Of a stretch of 64,000 nucleotides of DNA, positions 53,771 through 62,024 are shown piece by piece. The notes beneath the pieces are model-generated. The model did not search any database. It was not told the origin of the DNA and saw only the letters and a program-made list of their open reading frames with translations. The position numbers were made by a program, and so were the translations under genes. The stretch is from a virus. Its lineage: Duplodnaviria > Caudoviricetes. The stretch is taken from positions 1-64,000 of IMG/VR virus record IMGVR_UViG_3300028653_000015; one strand, 5' to 3'. Position 1 is the first letter of the stretch. Each line of letters begins with the position of its first letter.

Positions 53771-54189
53771 TTTGCCTTTGAGGGAGTTACTGGTTTTGGT
53801 GCTGGATGTGTGAGACGTACTGGAGGGGTAACGTGTGTGGGCATTGGTCGTGGCATTCCTGGGTGGCCTGTACGCATAGCTGGTGGTACGGAGTTGACTA
53901 GTGCGCCCACCTCTACAGCCAGAGGGTCTGTAGCAGACACACGTGACAGTGCCCTACACATCTGCCCGGCCGCCATGGCGGAGAGGGTCAAGGTCTGTGG
54001 GGTAAGAGGCTTCCCAGCTGCAATAGCCGCTGCGGCATCAAGTAAACCCAACTCCTTCAATGCTGCTACAGCAGCTAGCGTAGGCGCATTGATTTGGATA
54101 AGTCTCTGCTGTACTGCTGTACTCAGTGTGACAGTCACCTGTGCCTTAACTACTGCTTTAGGGGTGGGTGGGGTCGGTGTAGTTGCCAT
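53767..54189 (-). CDS. Pro/Ala-rich hypothetical protein
   Basis: AAGGAG RBS; coupled to the downstream gene. Confidence 0.5.
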   Translation of the reverse strand: MATTPTPPTPKAVVKAQVTVTLSTAVQQRLIQINAPTLAAVAALKELGLLDAAAAIAAGKPLTPQTLTLSAMAAGQMCRALSRVSATDPLAVEVGALVNSVPPAMRTGHPGMPRPMPTHVTPPVRLTHPAPKPVTPSKAK

Positions 54190-54198
54190 ATGATCTCC

Positions 54199-56070
54199 TT
54201 AAACTGTTCTTGCTACGTGTCCCTCTGTATGCATCTCTGCATAATCCAGATAGACGGAACTAGTAAAAAAGCCCCCAGTTTTATGAAGTCTCATAGGTTG
54301 GAAACTCCACACAGCGGAGGGGTCGGGGTTGAATGCTGGTACTACGTTTGTAACTTCTCCGTTGATCGTTAACGTAAGCTGTCCAAACCCAAACGAGATC
54401 TTACAGTCGTAGTACTCGTTTGGATTCAGTTCTGTTGAAATGTCGTCAGCCCCTGTAGTAGCTACCCCATCAGAGTAGTACAACTTTATGAACAGATCAT
54501 CCGTGATACTTATGAACGCATAGACTGGTCCACTATCCAGGTTGAATCCCGCTTTGATCACAAAGGCTTCACCTGTTGTATCAGACAATAGGGGCATATC
54601 AAAACCCACACTGGCCGACAATTTGGCAGCATCCACATTTTGCATGGTAGGTCCTACCAAAGTTACCTGATCGCCACCTGTGTTACCGCCGAGTTGGATG
54701 ACAGTAGAACGACCGTCTACGACATCCGCCGTGCTGATGAATGAGTCTCCACCTGCTTGGACAACCAGATTACCAATGAATGTGGCGCTTGATACATCAT
54801 ACAAACTGGAAAATCCGAAATCCTCCATGAAGGAGTAGTCTACTACTGGCTTCAGAAGTGGTATCTGATAATCACCATCAAGAATCTGGTGATTAACATG
54901 CATCTGATCAGACATCATATTCAGATCAGATACCCATAGGTGATTCCATGGACTGACCTCGAGTCCCAGATCTAACTGAGCTCCAGTACCTGGGCTCAAT
55001 GATGCCGTACCTGCATCCAGTATGACCAAGTACTCCAGCTCACGGATGGGGTCAAATAATTCGATCTTCAGTGCAGGGCTGCTAGTGCCATAAGTCAAAA
55101 GCTGGATGTAGGAAGAGCTACTGGTGCTCGCATCTAACCAGCACACCCCAAAGATTTCCGACTCTGATGTGGGCGGTATGAGTGTCAACGTACTGAAGTT
55201 ATACAAGCCAGAGGCAGAGCCATCAAAGCCATCGGTAGCATATACTGGGCCATGGCCGCTGTTGTTTATGCCTATGAATCCAACAAGGCCATATACAGAT
55301 CTAGCGTCTAGTGTGTCTTCTACCAGAACCCCATATTCCTCATTGCTGATGCTGGCACAAGATACAAGATCGTGCCCCCCTAGACTCAAGTCCCCGGCCA
55401 TTGGCAAAGAACCATCTAGCAGTAGAACACCAGATGGAATCTCCTCACCTGACATCACTTTGTACCTGGTGAATGCATCAACAGGCAGGTCTTCTAGTGA
55501 GCTAGCCACACCATATGCGATACGCACTACTTGTGCAGAAGGAATTGGATATGGGTCTGATACTACCGCGCCAGTACTAGGGTTTACTGTGCAGAAGTGT
55601 ACCCATGGAGACTGCACAAACCCTGTACCATAAGCTGGGCTCGTATCAGTGGTCTCCATTACCTGGCTTACTCGTACCTCATTGCCATTCTCATCTGTCA
55701 GAGCATTGTACTGATCATCCAGCACAGAGAACAGTAGCATCAGACCCTCAGCTGCAGTAGGAGGGTAGCTAACGTCCCCACAGAACACGAGAGTGCTCAA
55801 GTGATAACTGCTGTCGCCTGCAGACGTAAACTTATCCACCTGAGGTACAGCTATCGCAGAAGCGTACTTCTGGTAGATATAATCTATGTTCAGCGACAGG
55901 GCCCAAGCCGATCTATTAGCTATGGCAGAGGTTGCATTTTCGCCAAACCCTATGAACCTACCACCCGCGTACCCTGGGGTGTCATGCTCATCGTAGTTGT
56001 TGCCATTCGCAATCTGCCCTGGCCCTGAACCGTGAGGAAATGGTAGATGGGAAACAAATGGGATTGACAT
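54199..56070 (-). CDS. Tail fibre/appendage-like protein with C-terminal beta-sandwich
   Basis: FIGFGE..TS..ANR..WAL..N.D N-terminus; LLLDGSLPMAGDLSLGG fibre repeat; acidic beta-rich C-terminus; AGGAG RBS. Confidence 0.55.
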   Translation of the reverse strand: MSIPFVSHLPFPHGSGPGQIANGNNYDEHDTPGYAGGRFIGFGENATSAIANRSAWALSLNIDYIYQKYASAIAVPQVDKFTSAGDSSYHLSTLVFCGDVSYPPTAAEGLMLLFSVLDDQYNALTDENGNEVRVSQVMETTDTSPAYGTGFVQSPWVHFCTVNPSTGAVVSDPYPIPSAQVVRIAYGVASSLEDLPVDAFTRYKVMSGEEIPSGVLLLDGSLPMAGDLSLGGHDLVSCASISNEEYGVLVEDTLDARSVYGLVGFIGINNSGHGPVYATDGFDGSASGLYNFSTLTLIPPTSESEIFGVCWLDASTSSSSYIQLLTYGTSSPALKIELFDPIRELEYLVILDAGTASLSPGTGAQLDLGLEVSPWNHLWVSDLNMMSDQMHVNHQILDGDYQIPLLKPVVDYSFMEDFGFSSLYDVSSATFIGNLVVQAGGDSFISTADVVDGRSTVIQLGGNTGGDQVTLVGPTMQNVDAAKLSASVGFDMPLLSDTTGEAFVIKAGFNLDSGPVYAFISITDDLFIKLYYSDGVATTGADDISTELNPNEYYDCKISFGFGQLTLTINGEVTNVVPAFNPDPSAVWSFQPMRLHKTGGFFTSSVYLDYAEMHTEGHVARTV

Positions 56071-56079
56071 ATTGATCTC

Positions 56080-56787
56080 CTAGAATTCTAGATCCCAGCG
56101 GAACTCGAGTGAAACTGTAGGTGTCTTGGTTATGGGTGCGAAGTTGTTGTAGGCAATGATACGCTGCCTATTAGCATCCCCTATGTATGGAGGGGTGCTG
56201 TAGTCATAGACGGCACCTGTTACCTGAGACATGACTTGGTCTGAGAGTACCATACCAACCTCACTAATGGGTATGGCTGGATACGCGCCTCCGAGATGCA
56301 AGTCTGTCTGCTGTAGAGTCACTTGAAACTCTACCACTGACGAAATCCCATTCAACTGTGCTGGAAATGCCGGAGGTATGATATCCAGCTGCTGCCCCCA
56401 TACCCCCATAGATGTGTGGCTTGGTGGGTTATCTGGAGTTCCTGATACCATCACTGGCCTCTCCAGGTACAGTGTTTCGTGGGTACCCTTATCGTAGGTG
56501 TTACCGCCTGGATAAACTTGATCTAGTGTGGGGTAGAAACTGGAGATGTTTACTGTCTGCTTGTTTCCGCCGATCCCAAATGTAAAGTACTGAACCCAGT
56601 TTGGACATACCGGTCCTGTAACATCCCCAGAAAGAATAGCCGAAGGAGATATCACTCTAGGAAGATACCATCTTCCTAGATTTACCCAGATGTTGTGACT
56701 CTCCCTGCACATGCTCGGTACCCTCTTACCACGCTCGTACGCGGTGATGAACATGTTCGATTTTGCTTGTATACGATCAGTAAACAT
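56080..56787 (-). CDS. Baseplate/fibre-attachment protein (start ATG 56787)
   Basis: HNIWVNLGR, ISEVGM, IAYNNFAPITKT.....EFRW pattern; GAGAGG RBS. Confidence 0.55.
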   Translation of the reverse strand: MFTDRIQAKSNMFITAYERGKRVPSMCRESHNIWVNLGRWYLPRVISPSAILSGDVTGPVCPNWVQYFTFGIGGNKQTVNISSFYPTLDQVYPGGNTYDKGTHETLYLERPVMVSGTPDNPPSHTSMGVWGQQLDIIPPAFPAQLNGISSVVEFQVTLQQTDLHLGGAYPAIPISEVGMVLSDQVMSQVTGAVYDYSTPPYIGDANRQRIIAYNNFAPITKTPTVSLEFRWDLEF

Positions 56788-56825
56788 GCTGTTCCTCTCT
56801 ACGCATTGTAGAACGAAATCGTGAC

Positions 56826-59800
56826 CTAAAGATACCACCCTCTTGAGTAAATGCCGTCAGTCAAACCAGCCAGCCCTCCAGGTAGACCCATATCGAATGA
56901 TAGCAGGCCCACCAACGGACCATAAGGCGGCGGAGGTGGGGTAGGTGCTGGACCACTCAAAGGGACTATATCCATGCCTCCTCCATCATCAAATGCCCAG
57001 ATGGAGTCAAACTTGGGAGTTCCAGATAGAGGCTCAGCAACATAGACTGACAACTCATCTGTGGCTGGAAATAGGAGGGGTCTGTCGTGCGCAAAATATA
57101 CTGGATCATATAGGTGGGCATTAGCTAGTGCGCCTATGGCCCAATCTATGCCGCCCACTATAAGTACATTGCCATCTAGAAGAACAGATGCAGCATTGCC
57201 AGAATTGGCTACTGTGGTTTGATCTACTATGATGAACCGACCAGAACTCGGTTCATAGAGCTCCACAACTGGGGTGCTGCCTCCCACCACATCACCACCA
57301 ACGACAAGCACTGAACCGTCCTGCAGCAGAGATGCTGTGAAATCCCCTCTTGCCACATTCAAATCCCCAGTGGCGCTGAACGTGCCTGTGCTGGGATCAT
57401 ACAGTTCAGATGTACCAACAGGTCCGGACATACTCCAGCCACCAGTAATGAGCACCTTGCCGCTCTGTAGCAGTGTAGCTGTATGATAGCATCTACTAGT
57501 CAGCATTGAGCCAGTAGCTACAAACTCATTTGTAGCTGGGTCATACAGCTCAGCGGTGTCTGTGATCGTCGATCCGTCAAAACCACCAGTGAGCAATACC
57601 ATGCCGTTTGGTAGTAGTACGGAGGCAAACAAATCCCTATAGAATATCGTAGAGCCTACGCTAGAAAAGGTGCGGGTATTGGGGTCGTACAGATCTGCAC
57701 TTCCTGAACCTGCAACCAATACCATGCCATCATCTAGTACGGTAGCAGTGGGCGACCCTCGATAATCAGTCATGTCACCCACGGATTGAAACAGCCCAGT
57801 CACAGTGCTGTACAACTCCGCAGAGTTGACTGGCGATGTACTGCCGTCCGTACCACCAGCTATCAACACATACCCCGCACCAACCATAACAGCTGCTGCT
57901 TGGTACCTCTGTACTATGGGCTCTGCGGCACTATGAAACGTCTTAGTTCTTGGATCATACAGTTCTGCTGCCCTAGCCTCTATGGATTGGGCCCCACCAA
58001 CAACGAGCACCTTTCCACTGGGTAGCAGGGTAGACGTTGGCCATATGCGAAGCCCAGAGGAGCTCAGCTCCTTAACAGAGGTATTCACTGCATCAAAGTG
58101 TTGCTGGCATTCCCCATCTGTATACAGTGAATCATGTGGAGGATCAAACGCCTCTCCAGAAACGTCATCATCGTATCTGTACGCACCGATGTTCTTGGTG
58201 TCTGGAGTAGATACGATCAACTTACGTACCGTAGTCGTTAACTCATCCACCACATCTATGGTGTCTGGCGGAGTTGCAACATTCTTCAGAATGATAAATG
58301 TTGGATAGGTGTAGTGGGGCTTGAACTTCAGCATGAAGTCAATCGCAAACGTGAGGTTTGCGATATCGAAAGCATCCACATTGGCTCTGATGGCAAAGCG
58401 AAAGAACTTCTCTACCTCTGAGAAGACAGAACCATACACAGACCCCCACTCAGCACCATTCAACCAGTCCAATACCTCTACACCGGTACTGAGTGGTGCA
58501 AATTGATCTATCTTATCCCCCACAGCTATGGTCTTATGTGTCTCCTGATTTATGGCTAAGCCTAGGTGACTGGTGGTGGGGTAGTAGTACCCACGAACAA
58601 GCGCTGGGTTACTTGCATCCTGTATAAAGATCCTACCTTGCTTGGCACTGAAGTTTTGGTTGATGTCCTTTACGATTCCTGCCTCTTCCGAAAATGGAAG
58701 ACCTAGAAGTATATGAATGCCTACACGTATGTTCTCAATAGAGGGGCCACCAAAGTAGGCGTACCAAAGTCCTCGAACAGCAGACAGATAGTCCAAAGAC
58801 TCTGAGATACCTGTAGACTCAGATGCTGTGAATGATACCAGCGTACCAAAGTTGGCCTCTATAGCTGGGCTGTTATCTAGATATGTGATCTCCGCCCACA
58901 GTCTGTCTGGAGGAGGGTCTCCTATGGAGTATGTGCCAGGAGCAAACTGTATGGTGTTCTGCCCAGCAATCTTAGTGATGGTGTAATCTTTGTTGCCTAC
59001 GAGGCGAGACTGTGGGTCTTTGATCACCTCCTGCAGACAGGGTATATCTACTACCAGTGCATCTACCGGCACGTTCTTGAGTCTGCTCACACCTACAAAT
59101 GTAGTAGTGAAGTCCTCAGGCTTACCGTTGTAGTACATCAACAGCGGAGCAGGGTTAAAGCCCAACCTCTCATGAGCTACACCCACTACCGGGCAATGGA
59201 CGATGGTAGGCACTCCAGTTGCAATGGGGGTGACTTCAAATCTAGCCAGGTCCCCTACTGAGATCAGTTGAGCAGTGAAGTCATTGACCTCCGATACCAC
59301 AACTGATGGTATCAACCAATCCCTAAATATCACAACACGACCAATTGCTGGATCTACAGGCACGTATTTGGCAGGTATGGGATCTAACAGCACAACATCG
59401 AGGTATACTGGTGACACTCTTTGATAAACTGGGCGCAGACCTATGTCTTTGATCCTAAGTGCTATCCTATCTTGTGGCACATTGGGTGGGTAAATGATTG
59501 TTCCCGTGAACACATCTTCGGGGCCTACTCCGTAGTACGATAGATCATAGGTAGGTAATCCAGGATCGTTATTTACTCCTTGATCAAAAGTGGAATGTAT
59601 CTCGATATTAACTTGGGGCCCTGGAGGAAAGCTGCGGAATTCAGGAGTATATGCAAACGAGTAGATCTCGTAGGGAGTGTATGTATCAACTGCTCGTAGA
59701 TCATTCTGCATATACGCAGTAGAAAAGAAGCCAAAACTGGAATTTGCCGTTCCATTTGGCGTGAGTCTCAGCAATCTATTAGGGTAATCAAAAGCGAGTA

Positions 59801-61598
59801 TCCAATCGTTACGAACATTAGCTAGTGGTGTGTCTGTCGTAGAGAAACCCAGCTGTTCATTTACTTGCCGGGCCAACTCCTCTGGAGACAGTGGATTACC
59901 TGGTGTTCCAATGAATGTAACTGTCTCAATCTTTCCATTGTCAAATACGAACTCCAATGTTAAGCCAGCCACATCCTTCGGGCCACCCCAGGGGCATAGG
60001 ATACCCCCACGTAGGATTCGAATGGTGGATGTAGTAGGATCGTCTGTAAGGAATGTATTGTACTCCAGCCATCTACGTTGAAAGACCCTCTGAATGTCTT
60101 TCAAGCTCTTGTTGTAGTCTATCTGCCAAACTGTCATCAGGATGTTGGCTGCAGCCTGAGCGAACCCTGACCACACTGTCTCTATCTTATCTTTGTCCTC
60201 CAGTAGGTTCCAAAAGTCGGATAGGTGCCTCCAGATGAAGGAGACATCTGGAATCTCTCCCAGTGTCAAGGATGTCTGGGACACGTTCAGAAGTGCGAAC
60301 TCCGGTATGCTATCCAGTTCTCCATCGTTCACCACCAGCTGTGGTTCATACAAACCAGCGGCATCTGGAGTAGCATCTGGAGTGGCGTGTGTCTGGTCGC
60401 TGAAGAATGTGGCAGAGTGACATATGACCCAAGCCTGGTTGCTCAAGTTATCCGGCAGTAGCTCCGCTGTTATAGCTATGGTGTTGTCATCAATCCAACC
60501 GCCCCCAACAATGTTACGCACCCACTTGCTGGTGCGCAGATCTAATGTCCACATTGGTGTCTGACCAACGACACCAACGGCTACTGTGTACTGTTGGCCA
60601 CCTACTAGTAGTGTGTCCCCAGGCTGAAGTACCGGAGCTTTGTCAACACTGAAAGACCCCTCTGAGTCGTAGAAAAAGTAGGTGAATCCATCAGCATTGA
60701 AGTCAGGGCTGGTACTGCCAGCTACGCTAGATATCTTGAACTGTGATCCATCTGGTGCATCAATCAAAGACCAGAAGTAGGTAAGAGGCGAGCCCTCAGG
60801 ATCGTAGCTGCCAGAGCCATCAAACCGAACAGTAGCTCCTACAGATACACCCTGATCTGTACCTGGTACTGCTACAGGCCGCTGATTGGGCACCATCATC
60901 GCGTGCCCGTTAAATCTGACAGTTTGCACTGTGATCTGAGCTGGTATAGACCCAGTACCCAGTGTGGCTATGACTACCCCATTACTAGAGTCTGGCGGTG
61001 ACTGAATCGCACCGGTGGTGAATCGTAGTTGATGGCCCTTTATAGGTATCAGATCAGTCTTGGTAACATAGATGTTTGTTACATCCAGTTCTGCGCTCAC
61101 TGCTATACGAATGGTGTAGTAGTCACTACCTTCCGGGATCAAAGACTGGCTTCCTGGAATAGGAAAGGCGGCACCTGTTGGGGCGGATACGATAGCAAGA
61201 CCTGCTCTGGAGATAACAAGACCACAACCTGGGCCCTGCATATCGTACGCACCTATGAAGAGCCTATAGATATCCAGGTTGCTCAAGTCTGGTGGCAGTC
61301 TATCTGGTCGGAATGTAACCTCGAGTGTCCAGGACTCACTAGTCTCAAGATCTATGCTGATGGCTGTTTCAGCATTTCCATCATCCATGATCCTGAGCCC
61401 TAGGGCTGTAGGATCATACACAATCCAAGGAGCGCCCTTAGTAGCGCTTACCTCTATATAGTCCGGCAAAATGGCTATCGTACTAGCGCTGTCTACATCA
61501 GCGCTAGGGAACTCTGGGGATGTGGGTATGTGCTCACTTGGAGAACCAACAGAACCCCAATGTGCACTACCCCACGGACTATTTCCCCAGCCAGCCAT
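56826..61598 (-). CDS. Large baseplate wedge-like protein with PKD/Ig-like domain and 7-bladed Kelch propeller
   Basis: NQRPVA.PG.DQ...FDGSGSYDPEG..LTY.W.L...P.GS (PKD/REJ-like); KFKPHYT wedge-like motif; seven Kelch repeats at about 57102-58049. Confidence 0.7.
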   Translation of the reverse strand: MAGWGNSPWGSAHWGSVGSPSEHIPTSPEFPSADVDSASTIAILPDYIEVSATKGAPWIVYDPTALGLRIMDDGNAETAISIDLETSESWTLEVTFRPDRLPPDLSNLDIYRLFIGAYDMQGPGCGLVISRAGLAIVSAPTGAAFPIPGSQSLIPEGSDYYTIRIAVSAELDVTNIYVTKTDLIPIKGHQLRFTTGAIQSPPDSSNGVVIATLGTGSIPAQITVQTVRFNGHAMMVPNQRPVAVPGTDQGVSVGATVRFDGSGSYDPEGSPLTYFWSLIDAPDGSQFKISSVAGSTSPDFNADGFTYFFYDSEGSFSVDKAPVLQPGDTLLVGGQQYTVAVGVVGQTPMWTLDLRTSKWVRNIVGGGWIDDNTIAITAELLPDNLSNQAWVICHSATFFSDQTHATPDATPDAAGLYEPQLVVNDGELDSIPEFALLNVSQTSLTLGEIPDVSFIWRHLSDFWNLLEDKDKIETVWSGFAQAAANILMTVWQIDYNKSLKDIQRVFQRRWLEYNTFLTDDPTTSTIRILRGGILCPWGGPKDVAGLTLEFVFDNGKIETVTFIGTPGNPLSPEELARQVNEQLGFSTTDTPLANVRNDWILAFDYPNRLLRLTPNGTANSSFGFFSTAYMQNDLRAVDTYTPYEIYSFAYTPEFRSFPPGPQVNIEIHSTFDQGVNNDPGLPTYDLSYYGVGPEDVFTGTIIYPPNVPQDRIALRIKDIGLRPVYQRVSPVYLDVVLLDPIPAKYVPVDPAIGRVVIFRDWLIPSVVVSEVNDFTAQLISVGDLARFEVTPIATGVPTIVHCPVVGVAHERLGFNPAPLLMYYNGKPEDFTTTFVGVSRLKNVPVDALVVDIPCLQEVIKDPQSRLVGNKDYTITKIAGQNTIQFAPGTYSIGDPPPDRLWAEITYLDNSPAIEANFGTLVSFTASESTGISESLDYLSAVRGLWYAYFGGPSIENIRVGIHILLGLPFSEEAGIVKDINQNFSAKQGRIFIQDASNPALVRGYYYPTTSHLGLAINQETHKTIAVGDKIDQFAPLSTGVEVLDWLNGAEWGSVYGSVFSEVEKFFRFAIRANVDAFDIANLTFAIDFMLKFKPHYTYPTFIILKNVATPPDTIDVVDELTTTVRKLIVSTPDTKNIGAYRYDDDVSGEAFDPPHDSLYTDGECQQHFDAVNTSVKELSSSGLRIWPTSTLLPSGKVLVVGGAQSIEARAAELYDPRTKTFHSAAEPIVQRYQAAAVMVGAGYVLIAGGTDGSTSPVNSAELYSTVTGLFQSVGDMTDYRGSPTATVLDDGMVLVAGSGSADLYDPNTRTFSSVGSTIFYRDLFASVLLPNGMVLLTGGFDGSTITDTAELYDPATNEFVATGSMLTSRCYHTATLLQSGKVLITGGWSMSGPVGTSELYDPSTGTFSATGDLNVARGDFTASLLQDGSVLVVGGDVVGGSTPVVELYEPSSGRFIIVDQTTVANSGNAASVLLDGNVLIVGGIDWAIGALANAHLYDPVYFAHDRPLLFPATDELSVYVAEPLSGTPKFDSIWAFDDGGGMDIVPLSGPAPTPPPPPYGPLVGLLSFDMGLPGGLAGLTDGIYSRGWYL

Positions 61599-61638
61599 TA
61601 GCTTGCTCCTGTTGTCGTGTGGTACTCACTTACGTAGG

Positions 61639-61668
61639 ATTGTACGAGTGTACAGCGCTCTAGGTCAA
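61639..61668 (-). promoter_or_regulatory. Sigma70-type promoter for the baseplate/fibre operon
   Basis: Minus strand TTGACC (61668-61663), 18 nt, TACAAT (61644-61639). Confidence 0.65.
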
Positions 61669-61706
61669 CTGTTGCCGCAAAGTTACTATTGGCGTAGTGT
61701 ATCACC

Positions 61707-62024
61707 ATGGACCTGAAACCCGCTGACCCCCGCGTCATTCTTAAACTGTTGGAAGGTAAGAGGGATGTCATAACTCCTCTAGCTGAAAAAAGAGATGCGT
61801 TCTACTTGGGCCAGACATGTATCAGGTGTGGTGGCACAGCCCTGACCAAAGTGGCCAATGCTGCTACGCTTTTTCGAGCCAATGATCCTATGCCACGCTA
61901 CCTGCTGCAGTGCCAGGACTGTACGTGTCTGTTTGATCCGCATACTGGTCTACTCTTGTCTATGGGTAACCTTGGAAAAGCCTTCTTACCTGCTGTTCCT
62001 CTTCTTGACGGCCCAGAGGACTAG
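61707..62024 (+). CDS. Small Zn-ribbon protein, apparently leaderless
   Basis: CIRC...CQDC; no SD; TTGCCG-N17-TAGTGT ends 6 nt before the ATG. Confidence 0.55.
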   Translation: MDLKPADPRVILKLLEGKRDVITPLAEKRDAFYLGQTCIRCGGTALTKVANAATLFRANDPMPRYLLQCQDCTCLFDPHTGLLLSMGNLGKAFLPAVPLLDGPED

